From Opitutales bacterium (GTDB lineage Bacteria; Verrucomicrobiota; Verrucomicrobiia; Opitutales; Coraliomargaritaceae), in NCBI GenBank assembly GCA_049606355.1, contig JBMYVL010000006.1:96514-128513 (forward strand): a stretch of 32,000 nucleotides of DNA. The letters run 5' to 3'. Made by a program: the position numbers and the translations under genes. Position 1 is the first letter of the stretch, and the number at the start of each line of letters is the position of its first letter. Shown piece after piece: positions 19,864 to 30,036 of the stretch. The notes under the pieces were generated by a model. The model was given only the letters and a program-made list of their open reading frames with translations, ran no database searches and was not told where the DNA came from.

Positions 19864-21216
19864 ATGGAGGGGTCTGATCTTTCGGCAGTGCTTTTCCTGC
19901 GCGATTACAATACGCGCTTGGTGGTTGTCTGCACGCTTTTGCTCGGTTGCGCCTGCGGCTTGATGGGCAGCTTTCTTCTCCTGCGTAAACGCTCGTTGAT
20001 GGGGGATACGCTTTCGCATGCCACTTTGCCGGGCGTCGGTCTGGCCTACATGCTCGCTAGTTTACTGGGGGGCAATGGCAAGTCCCTGCCGGTGTTGCTT
20101 GCGGGGGCCACGCTTACCGGCTTGTTGGGTTGTTTTTGTGTGCTGTTGATTCGCAATCAGACGCGCATCAAAGACGATGCGGCGATGGGGATCGTCTTGA
20201 GCGTCTTTTTTGGCGCCGGGGTCGCGGTGCTGGGCCTGATACAAACCATGCCCGAGGGCAGTGCGGCAGGCTTGGAAGCCTTTATCTACGGCAAGACTGC
20301 GTCGATGATCATGAGTGATTTTCGCCTATTGCTGCTGGTTACCGGCACCGTACTTGTGCTTTCGGTTGTATTGTTTAAGGAATTGCGCCTGCTGTGTTTC
20401 GATGAGGTCTATGCCGCTGCGCAGGGCTGGCCCGTGAAGCGCTTGGATCTCCTGCTGCTCGCTTTGGTGACCTTGGTCACGGTAGCCGGGCTGCAAGCGG
20501 TCGGCCTGATATTGATCATTGCCTTCCTGATCACGCCTGCCGCGGCCGCACGGTTTTGGACCGATCGTCTGGACGGCATGTTAGTGCTCTCTGCGGTGAT
20601 TGGCGGCTTGAGCGGCTGGCTTGGTGCCAGTCTCAGCGCATTGGCGCCGCGCCTGCCGGCCGGTGCACTGATCGTTCTGGTCGCCGCCGGCTTCTTTATC
20701 GTCAGTCTGCTGTTGGGCACGGAGCGCGGTGTCGCGGTGCGTTGGTTGCGGCAACGCAGCCTCAAGCGCTCGGTGGGGCGGCAGCACTTATTGCGTGCGT
20801 TGTATGAGATTTTGGAAGCCGATGCCTTAAACAGTCGGTCGGTCCAGATTCGGCCCGTAGCGTTTCGGCAAGTGCGTGGCCGGCGGACTTGGTCGGACGC
20901 CCAGCTACGGCGGCATTTGCAGCATGCCTACCAGGACGGACTGCTCGAGGCCATTACCGCAGCGGACGGCATCGTGCTATCCGAAGCCGGTTTAGAAGCG
21001 GCGATCCAAGTCACGCGTAACCACCGCCTGTGGGAGCTCTATTTAATCGAATATGCCGATGTGGCGCCCAGTCGGGTCGACCGCGATGCGGATACGCTCG
21101 AGCACGTGCTGGGGGAGCAAATGGTGGGCGAACTGGAAGCCAAGTTGCAACGCCTGCGCATGGCCGGCACTGCAGTCGTGCCGCCGAGTCCACACCCCAT
21201 TCAACCCGGAGACTGA
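19864..21216 (+). CDS. ABC-3 metal permease fused to a C-terminal DtxR/MntR-like repressor domain (YtgC-YtgR-type architecture)
   Basis: 450 aa. Residues 1-~297 are a multi-TM ABC-3 permease, ending in LLLGTERGVAVRWLRQR at the point where the downstream paralogue terminates. Residues ~300-450 contain a wHTH-like segment and TRNHRLWELYL...DRDADTLEHVLGEQM, which resembles the DtxR-family dimerisation/metal-binding helix region. Confidence 0.78.
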   Translation: MEGSDLSAVLFLRDYNTRLVVVCTLLLGCACGLMGSFLLLRKRSLMGDTLSHATLPGVGLAYMLASLLGGNGKSLPVLLAGATLTGLLGCFCVLLIRNQTRIKDDAAMGIVLSVFFGAGVAVLGLIQTMPEGSAAGLEAFIYGKTASMIMSDFRLLLLVTGTVLVLSVVLFKELRLLCFDEVYAAAQGWPVKRLDLLLLALVTLVTVAGLQAVGLILIIAFLITPAAAARFWTDRLDGMLVLSAVIGGLSGWLGASLSALAPRLPAGALIVLVAAGFFIVSLLLGTERGVAVRWLRQRSLKRSVGRQHLLRALYEILEADALNSRSVQIRPVAFRQVRGRRTWSDAQLRRHLQHAYQDGLLEAITAADGIVLSEAGLEAAIQVTRNHRLWELYLIEYADVAPSRVDRDADTLEHVLGEQMVGELEAKLQRLRMAGTAVVPPSPHPIQPGD

Positions 21217-21225
21217 GGCGCAGCT

Positions 21226-22141
<916 letters not shown>

Positions 22142-22161
<20 letters not shown>

Positions 22162-23299
22162 GGAACTCGTCGTTGTTCTTGGTCTGACTGAAGCGATCGA
22201 TCATCGTCTCTGCGGCATCTTCAATCTTTTGGCCGGCGAGTGCGCGGCGCAGGAATTGCGCGCCGGTGAGGTACTTGCCGGACAGCAACAGTTCTTCCTT
22301 GCGCGTGCCGGATGCATTGAGATTGATCGCAGGCCACAGGCGCAGCTCCGCCGCTTTGCGATCGAGCACCATTTCCATATTACCGGTGCCCTTGAACTCC
22401 TGAAAAATTAGGTCGTCCATCTTGCTGCCAGTTTCAATCAAGGCAGTGGCGATAATGGTCAAGCTGCCACCTTCTTCGCAGTTGCGTGCGGCAGAGAAAA
22501 TTTGCCGTGGCTTTTCCAGGGCACGGACATCCAGGCCACCGGTCATGGTGCGCCCACCTTTACCGGAAGAGGCGTTGTAAGCACGGGCCAGACGCGTGAT
22601 GGAGTCGAGCAGTAAGACGACATCTTTACCCGCTTCGACCATACGCTTGGCGCGCTCGACGGCGATTTCCGCCATACGCAGGTGGTTGGTGAGTTCTTCA
22701 TCGTTGGACGAGGCGTAGATCTCCGCATCCACGCTACGCTTGAAATCGGTGACTTCTTCGGGCCGCTCATCCACGAGCAGTACAATCACATGGCACTCCG
22801 GATGGTTTTGCAGGACGCCAGCAGCAATATCATGCAGCAGGGTGGTCTTACCGGTACGGGGTGGGGCAACAATCAAGCCACGCGTGCCCTTACCAATGGG
22901 GCAAAATAAATCCATGATGCGGGTGGTGACGCGGCCGTCGCTGTGCTCGAGGCGGATTTGTTCATCCGGCGCAATCGAGACCATTTGTTGGAAACTGAAG
23001 CGGCGCTTGCGCTCTTCGACCGTGGCGCCATCGATGGTGTCGATAAAGCGCACCTTGGGGTTGGGGTGGCGTGGGTTGTGTTGCGCTTTCGCAACAATGA
23101 AATTACCCTGCTTGAGTTTGAAGCGTTTGATCAGTTCGCGTGGCACAAAGGGGTCGCTGGGCGTGGTCTTGCCATTGCGTGTTGGGTCAATCAATTGCCC
23201 CGACTTATTCGGCAAGACTTCCAGAATGCCGGAGACCTCGATCTCATTGTCCTGCGTTTGTGCTGCCTTGGGCTCTTCGGTTTCGTTGTGGTCGCTCAT
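22142..23299 (-). CDS. rho: Transcription termination factor Rho (no canonical N-terminal helix-bundle subdomain)
   Basis: OB-fold region [16 protein letters not shown]...[18 protein letters not shown], Walker [35 protein letters not shown], and a C-terminal segment typical of Rho. I prefer ATG 23299 over the upstream TTG at 23374. Confidence 0.9.
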
Positions 23300-23554
23300 A
23301 TGGTCAAGCTGGCTACAGCTTTTGCTGTGATGTGCGCATAGAGTGCGACATGACAGGTGGTGGGGCAGATTCAATCCGCCGCGTGGAAGGGTATCGTTGC
23401 TTTGGATCGGTGAGCCACAGGCTCAATCGCTTGCGAAGGATGTTTCGCACAATCCGTCAACGATGTCCGCATTGAGGGGCACGAGCTGCGTACTGTCAAT
23501 GCTTTAGAAGGGCGAGTCGCTTGCTGCGAAACCGCCAGCCGGAGCGAACCGACA

Positions 23555-24013
23555 CTAAGAAAAGACTTCGACCATCGCCTGCCGACGATAGTCAAAAATG
23601 TACTGAAGTTGTTTTTTTACGTACAGCCAATGCGCGATCGCCCCCAAGGGGCCGAAGGGCAGGGTGTAGTGCACACGATCCACAAAGCGTACCCCATCCG
23701 CATGCTCGCTGATTTCGTGGTAGTGGTACCACAGACGGTAAGGGCCGATGCGCTGCTCATCGACAAAGGAGTGATGGTCGCGCACGTGTTTGATTTCGGA
23801 GAGCCAGGGCTGCTTGCCCAGCAGTGGGATGCCAATCCGATACTCAATCATCAGCCCATTGTACATTTCCTCTGGCACCTCCGAAATGATCTCAAAGCTC
23901 ATATCATCGGGCGTGATACGGTTGAGATTCTGAGGTCGACGAATAAAGTCCCATGCGGTGTTCAGGTCGGTCGCGATAACTTGTTCGCGGTACAATTGCT
24001 TGAGGGCAGGCAT
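23555..24013 (-). CDS. SRPBCC (START/polyketide-cyclase-like) ligand-binding superfamily protein
   Basis: 152 aa. The size and pattern (…NLNRITPDDMSFEI…, …DEQRIGPYRLWYHYHE…) are as in small SRPBCC/cyclase-dehydrase proteins. It is divergent from the desaturase operon. Confidence 0.55.
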   Translation of the reverse strand: MPALKQLYREQVIATDLNTAWDFIRRPQNLNRITPDDMSFEIISEVPEEMYNGLMIEYRIGIPLLGKQPWLSEIKHVRDHHSFVDEQRIGPYRLWYHYHEISEHADGVRFVDRVHYTLPFGPLGAIAHWLYVKKQLQYIFDYRRQAMVEVFS

Positions 24014-24104
24014 GCTGAGAAAACGTCAGCGGGCTGATGACCTTACAAGCGTTGATAAAACCGTAAGTTTGCATTAGCGCTTACGTTTCCTTTGATACCC
24101 GACC

Positions 24105-25016
24105 ATGAACTTACTCAAACTACTCAGGCACTGTGTGATGGAAGAGGACAACCGCCTCCTGCTGACATCATCGCCGTTGATTTTTATGCACCTTGCCTGT
24201 ATCGGCATCTTTTTTACCGGCTTTAGTTGGGTCGCGGTGGCAGCACTGGCGGTGACTTATTTGACACGGGTCTTCGCGCTCACCGCCGGCTTCCACCGCT
24301 ATTTCTCACACCGCGCGTTCAAGACCAGTCGCGCCTTTCAGTTCGTGTTGGCGTGGGTGGGCACGTCGTCCGCACAGCTCGGGCCGATGTGGTGGGCGGC
24401 CAACCACCGCCATCATCATCAACACTCGGATAAAGAAGCGGACATACACTCACCGGTTATTCGCGATGCCTTTTGGGCGCACATTGGTTGGGTGCTGTGC
24501 AAGGCACACAGTGAAATTAAATACGATCGGATCAAAGACCTAACCAAATATCCGGAGCTCAAGTTTATCGATCGGTTTCATGTGTTGCCGGTGCTGAGTC
24601 TAATTGTGGCGCTCTATGCGATTGGTTGGGGCCTGAATGTGGCCTTCCCACAGCTGGGTACGAGTGGCTTACAGTTGGTGATGTGGGGCTTCTTTTTGAG
24701 TACGGTGTTGGTCTACCACGTGACGTTTTGTGTGAATTCGGTGACGCACATCATCGGCAGTAAGCGCTTTGCGACTGATGATGAAAGTCGCAACAACTGG
24801 TGGGTTGCCTTGCTAACCTTTGGCGAAGGTTGGCACAACAATCACCACCGTTACCCTTCTTCGGCACGGCAAGGGATGTATTGGTGGGAGATTGATGTTT
24901 CGTATTACATCCTGCGTTTATTCGAGCTCTGCGGTATTGTTTGGGATGTGCGGGCGTATCCACAAAAGATCTACGCGGAGGCCGCTGCCAATGCGGCTCG
25001 CTCGCACGGCGCATGA
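24105..25016 (+). CDS. Membrane acyl-CoA/acyl-lipid desaturase (Delta9 stearoyl-CoA-desaturase family)
   Basis: Three His boxes in the canonical order: HRYFSHR, HRHHHQHSD, HNNHHRYP. Hydrophobic segments flank them. Confidence 0.85.
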   Translation: MNLLKLLRHCVMEEDNRLLLTSSPLIFMHLACIGIFFTGFSWVAVAALAVTYLTRVFALTAGFHRYFSHRAFKTSRAFQFVLAWVGTSSAQLGPMWWAANHRHHHQHSDKEADIHSPVIRDAFWAHIGWVLCKAHSEIKYDRIKDLTKYPELKFIDRFHVLPVLSLIVALYAIGWGLNVAFPQLGTSGLQLVMWGFFLSTVLVYHVTFCVNSVTHIIGSKRFATDDESRNNWWVALLTFGEGWHNNHHRYPSSARQGMYWWEIDVSYYILRLFELCGIVWDVRAYPQKIYAEAAANAARSHGA

Positions 25017-25795
25017 GTGGCTATTGGGCAGCTTTGTTTGTAGTCGGCTTCGCTGTTGCGGGAAGCATGTATGCCTTGGCCCTGCGTTGGCGCCGGATGG
25101 CCTTGGTGGATCTCATCTGGACGGCGGGCGTCGGGATCGCCGCGGCTGCGTACGTGAGCGCGCATGAGCTCTACCACGCACGCGCGCTCTTGGTACTGGC
25201 GGTGGTGTCGCTCTGGTCGCTGCGCTTGACTGTGCATCTGTTTTGCGACCGGGTACGTAGTGGGGATGAAGATCCGCGCTATGTAAACTTGGCCAAACAT
25301 TGGGGGGCCGCAGCGCGGCGAAATTTCTTCGGTCTGTTTTTGGTGCAAATTGTCTTCGTGGCTTTGTTTATCCTGCCGGTTAGCACCGCGCTGCAGCACC
25401 GTGCGGCAGTTTCATGGCTGGATGGGCTGGCGCTGACGATTGCGCTTGTGGCGTTTCTGGGTGAAAGCATCGCCGATCGCCAGTTGGCTCGTTTTCGTGC
25501 CGACACGCGGCATGCCACGCAAGTCTGCCAAGAGGGGCTATGGCGTTATTCGCGGCACCCGAACTATTTTTTTGAGTGGGTGCACTGGTGGGCTTACGTC
25601 GCGTTTGCTTGGGGCAGTCCACAGTCATGGGTCGCTTGGATCGGGCCGGTCGCCATGTACATTTTTCTACGGTACCTTACCGGTATCCCTTACGCTGAGC
25701 GCTCCTCCTTGCAGCGGCGTGGCGAAGCGTATCGCCAGTATCAATACACCACCCAAGCATTCTTTTTATGGAAACCACGCACACCTCCGTCCTAA
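25013..25795 (+). CDS. DUF1295 family membrane protein (steroid 5-alpha-reductase / ICMT-like fold)
   Basis: Multi-TM with GLWRYSRHPNYFFEWVHWW, the hallmark C-terminal motif of DUF1295. ATG 25013 overlaps the desaturase stop (ATGA). Confidence 0.75.
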   Translation: MSGYWAALFVVGFAVAGSMYALALRWRRMALVDLIWTAGVGIAAAAYVSAHELYHARALLVLAVVSLWSLRLTVHLFCDRVRSGDEDPRYVNLAKHWGAAARRNFFGLFLVQIVFVALFILPVSTALQHRAAVSWLDGLALTIALVAFLGESIADRQLARFRADTRHATQVCQEGLWRYSRHPNYFFEWVHWWAYVAFAWGSPQSWVAWIGPVAMYIFLRYLTGIPYAERSSLQRRGEAYRQYQYTTQAFFLWKPRTPPS

Positions 25796-27000
25796 GGACT
25801 GCAACTGACACGAACACGGTACCCTTGCGTTGGGTGGAGCGTCTCTTTGTGCGTCTACTGCGCCGACTGCACTCAGGTCGTTTGCGCATCGAATTTCCAT
25901 CCGGCGCGCAGTGTGTGGTGGGTGAGCAGGATTTGCCGCAGGTTAATTTGCAGATCCAGCATCCGTCTTTCTTCAAAAAGGTGTTGCGTGGCGGCAGTGT
26001 CGGCTTCGGTGAGGCCTACGTCGAGGGTCTCTGGACGACGAACGATCTTAGCGCCCTGTTGAAATTGCTCGCGCGCAACCAGCAAGATGTCGGCCGTTTA
26101 CGCAAAGGCTTTTCTTATTTGACGCAGCGGCTCAACCGCGTGGGGCATGTGGCGCGGCGCAACACACGGGTCAAAAGCCGGCAAAATATTCAAGAGCACT
26201 ACGATCTCAGTAATGAGTTTTACCAGCTCTTTTTGGATCCAAGCATGACCTACTCGAGCGCACTGTTCGCTCATTACTACGAGAGCTTGGAGCAGGCACA
26301 GCTCAATAAAATCGACCGCATGTTGGATCTGGCTGCCGTGGGTCAGGGCGACCACTTGTTGGAGATCGGCACCGGTTGGGGCGCACTGGCATTACGCGCC
26401 GCACAGCGTGGCTGCCGCGTGACGACCATTACGCTTTCCGAAGCACAGTTTGCGCTGGCACAGCAACGCTTTGCTGCGGCGGGTGTGAGTGAGCAGATCG
26501 ACTTGCGCCTGCAGGACTATCGGGATTTGGACGGGCGCTTCGATGCGGTCGTCTCCTGTGAGATGATAGAAGCAGTCGGTCACGAATACTTGGCGAGCTA
26601 TTTTGAAACGATCCGTGATTGCCTGAAGCCACGCGCGCGCGCGGTGCTCCAAGCGATTACCATACCGGATGATCGCTATGCGGCGTACTGCCGTAGTTGC
26701 GATTGGATTCAAAAATACATTTTCCCGGGCGGCCACTTGCCGTCTCCGGGTGCGATGCAGGCGCAGGTCGATGCCGCGCGCGAGATCAAAGTAATACTCA
26801 GTGAGAGCTTTGGTCGCCACTATGCAGAAACCCTGCGCCGCTGGGCAAAGGCCTTTAACCGTAGTCGGCCTGAACTGAATGCCCTCGGATTTGATTCCGA
26901 GTTTCAGCGCAAGTGGAATTATTATTTCAGCTATTGCGAAGCGGGCTTTGATACCGACTTGATTGATGTGAAGCACATCGTCATCAAGCGCAAAGACTAG
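25768..27000 (+). CDS. Cyclopropane-fatty-acyl-phospholipid synthase family SAM-dependent methyltransferase (long form)
   Basis: 410 aa with IQEHYDLSNEFYQLFLD, the SAM motif LLEIGTGWGALAL, YIFPGGHLPS, and the C-terminal YFSYCEAGF. Confidence 0.85.
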   Translation: METTHTSVLRTATDTNTVPLRWVERLFVRLLRRLHSGRLRIEFPSGAQCVVGEQDLPQVNLQIQHPSFFKKVLRGGSVGFGEAYVEGLWTTNDLSALLKLLARNQQDVGRLRKGFSYLTQRLNRVGHVARRNTRVKSRQNIQEHYDLSNEFYQLFLDPSMTYSSALFAHYYESLEQAQLNKIDRMLDLAAVGQGDHLLEIGTGWGALALRAAQRGCRVTTITLSEAQFALAQQRFAAAGVSEQIDLRLQDYRDLDGRFDAVVSCEMIEAVGHEYLASYFETIRDCLKPRARAVLQAITIPDDRYAAYCRSCDWIQKYIFPGGHLPSPGAMQAQVDAAREIKVILSESFGRHYAETLRRWAKAFNRSRPELNALGFDSEFQRKWNYYFSYCEAGFDTDLIDVKHIVIKRKD

Positions 27001-27046
27001 GGCGAGCGACACTCCTAAGCCGCACACTGCTGCCGAGCTGAAAGCA

Positions 27047-27304
27047 CTACTTGTGTGCGTCGGACAGCAGGTTCTTCAGGGCTTCCTTTTTATCTTCCGG
27101 CATGGCGGGGCGCTTCGTTTGCAGCGTCGCTTCCTGCTCTTTGTAGCAGCGGCACATGTCCTGACTGTCCATCACCTGCTGGTTAAACTTACCGCAGAAA
27201 ATGCAGAGCTTAACGTGCAGCTTGAGGAAAAAACGGCGTAGCGGCGGAAGCTTATCATAATCTTCGCGATGCAGTGCGTTGGAAACTTGTTTACAGGTGA
27301 ACAT
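27047..27304 (-). CDS. Small soluble zinc-finger (ZAS / zf-HC2-type) anti-sigma factor
   Basis: 85 aa, no TM segment, with C4-x25-H30-x3-C34-x2-C37. It lies 11 nt downstream of the ECF sigma gene. Confidence 0.6.
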   Translation of the reverse strand: MFTCKQVSNALHREDYDKLPPLRRFFLKLHVKLCIFCGKFNQQVMDSQDMCRCYKEQEATLQTKRPAMPEDKKEALKNLLSDAHK

Positions 27305-27315
27305 AGCTGAGTGCT

Positions 27316-27964
<649 letters not shown>

Positions 27965-27975
<11 letters not shown>

Positions 27976-28759
27976 GCGGTGTTTCCGGTGTGTCGCGATT
28001 GATCACGGTGTGGGCGGAGTGCGGCGCCGGGCGCGGGTGCACGGCTAGCTGTTTTCGATAGGCCAGCACCGCAGCTTGCCAAACGATACGCGGCAGGCTG
28101 TTGAGCGCGGTATCCCAGGGGTGATACAGGGCATAGCGACGGATGGCGCGATTGTGGATCGCGTGGCCGTTTCCTTGCATCCATGTGCGCAGAACGCATG
28201 CGCCGTCACGATGCAGGTCGACCCCGAGGTACAACTCGCCTGCAGTCACTTTAAAGGTAAAGGCATAGTCTCCGCGCAGATCATTAAAGGGGGAGACGTG
28301 AAAGTCTTTCGGGCAGCTAGCGGTCCAGGTATCGGCTGCGGATTGGTAGAGCTCAGTCAGTGGGTAAATGTGTCGATCACCGAAGGTGTTGTTGACTTCC
28401 GCTATCGCGCACAGCAGCTCCGCGCCGTCGAGCCGCAGGTAGAAATTGACGGGGTTAAAGGCGTAGCCGAAATAGCGCGGCGAGGTGACGAGCATGGTGC
28501 GTTGCCCGGCTTGTAGTGGCGGTAAAAATGCCTCCAACTGCGGTTCAATCGCCTGTGCTTTGCCGTGCAAATAGTCGCAGTCGCGGAGGCTGAGTACGGC
28601 GCGGTCGTTGTGCCGAAAAAGGCGGGTCTGCTCGGCGAGCGCATCCAGCTCGGCGAGATCAAAGGCGAAGAAGGTTATCGGATAGCTGAACGCGTGAGCT
28701 ACGGGTCCACAGCGTTCGTGGACCACGGTGCCACGGTAGATCTCAGAGCGCAGACTCAT
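27965..28759 (-). CDS. DUF1365 family protein
   Basis: 264 aa. The N terminus (IYRGTVVHERCGPVAHAFSYPITFFAFDL) and the later SPRYFGYAFNPVNFY are characteristic of DUF1365. Its position between the FAD oxidoreductase and Cfa-type genes is as in other bacteria. Confidence 0.7.
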
Positions 28760-30033
28760 AGCTCAATGCCGAAGCCACGCGCTACCTCGGTGGCCGATTG
28801 GACCGCATCTTCGTGGAAGCCGTAGCCGAAGTAACTGCCGCAGTACCAGGTGTTGCGCTGACCATTCAGCGTGCGTAGGCCTTGCTGGGTAGCCATCGAT
28901 TCAAACGAGTACAGCGGGTGGGTGAGGGTGGTTTGATTGATAATACTTGTTGGATCGATCGGGCGTGTCGTATTCAGGGTGACGATGTAGTCCCGCTCGG
29001 TCTGCAACTGCTGCAAGCGATTCATGTAGTAACTGACGGAGACCGGCCGATCATCGGCATGCCCGGGCTCGCGGGCAAAATTCCAAGATGCCCACAATTT
29101 GCGATTGGGTGGGAGTTGCGTGGTGTCGGTGTGCAGCGTCACCGTGTTGGCCTGATAGCGCCACGGACTGAGGTTGGCAGTTTCTTCAACGCTGGGATCG
29201 CTCAATAGTTGGTAGGCTTCGTCGGCGTGCGTACCGATCACCACCTGATCAAATTCCTGAGTGGGAGCAGCCGCGAAGTCGAGCTGCACCTTGCCTGCGT
29301 CGCGTCGGATGCGCTGCGGAGCGCAACTCAGCTGCGGCGGGTGTGCAAAGGAGTTGAGCATGGCGCGCACGTAGGTGTGCGAGCCACCCTGTACATAGTT
29401 CCATTGCGGGCGATTGACCAAACGTAGCAGCCCGTGGTTTTCGAGGAAGTGTAGGTAAGGCTGCGCCGGAAATTCGTGCATGCGCTGGATCGGGGACGAC
29501 CAGATCGCTGCACCCATCGGGTAGAGGTAGTGGTTGAGGAAGGCTGCACTGAAGCCACGATCGGCGCAGTAGTCGCCCAGCGCACGATCCTGGAGGTAGC
29601 CGCTGTTGAGATCCGCGTAGCCGATTCGTGCAAAGCGCCACAGCTCTTTGACCAAGCTCAGGTGCTGCGGTTTAAACCAGTAAGCGAGGGATGGAAACAG
29701 GGTAGCCAGGCTAGTGCCCGCATAGCCATAGTTCGTTTGCGGATCGTGAAAGCTGAAGGTCATCGAGCTATCCGCCACTGCGACGCCGAGCTGCTCGAGC
29801 ACTTGGGTGAACTTTGGGTAGTTGCGATGGTTCATCACGATGAAGCCGGTATCCACCGCAGTCCCGGCATCCGGACCGTCTTGAATCGTTAAGGTGCGGG
29901 TATGGCCGCCCGCGTAGGCGTTCTTCTCAAAAAGCTGCACTTCGTGGCGGCGGCTGAGCAGCCATGCGGCAGTCAGGCCGGCGACCCCGCAACCGACCAC
30001 TGCGATGCGTTGTTTGGGCTCCTTTATCTGCAT
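28756..30033 (-). CDS. FAD/NAD(P)-binding amine-oxidase / phytoene-desaturase-like oxidoreductase
   Basis: The N-terminal dinucleotide fold IAVVGCGVAGLTAAWLL...LFEKNAYAGGH is present. It overlaps the DUF1365 start by 4 nt. Confidence 0.8.
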   Translation of the reverse strand: MQIKEPKQRIAVVGCGVAGLTAAWLLSRRHEVQLFEKNAYAGGHTRTLTIQDGPDAGTAVDTGFIVMNHRNYPKFTQVLEQLGVAVADSSMTFSFHDPQTNYGYAGTSLATLFPSLAYWFKPQHLSLVKELWRFARIGYADLNSGYLQDRALGDYCADRGFSAAFLNHYLYPMGAAIWSSPIQRMHEFPAQPYLHFLENHGLLRLVNRPQWNYVQGGSHTYVRAMLNSFAHPPQLSCAPQRIRRDAGKVQLDFAAAPTQEFDQVVIGTHADEAYQLLSDPSVEETANLSPWRYQANTVTLHTDTTQLPPNRKLWASWNFAREPGHADDRPVSVSYYMNRLQQLQTERDYIVTLNTTRPIDPTSIINQTTLTHPLYSFESMATQQGLRTLNGQRNTWYCGSYFGYGFHEDAVQSATEVARGFGIEL

Positions 30034-30036
30034 GGT

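Noticed and set aside
24941-25012. Upstream extension of the DUF1295 ORF, 76 nt inside the desaturase gene
   Set aside because: ATG 25013 forms an ATGA overlap with the desaturase stop and begins right at the first TM helix. The extension (GCAGVSTKDLRGGRCQCGS...) looks non-coding.
26392-27027. 211-aa ORF antisense to the long Cfa-type methyltransferase
   Set aside because: Shadow ORF inside a gene with unambiguous CMAS motifs.
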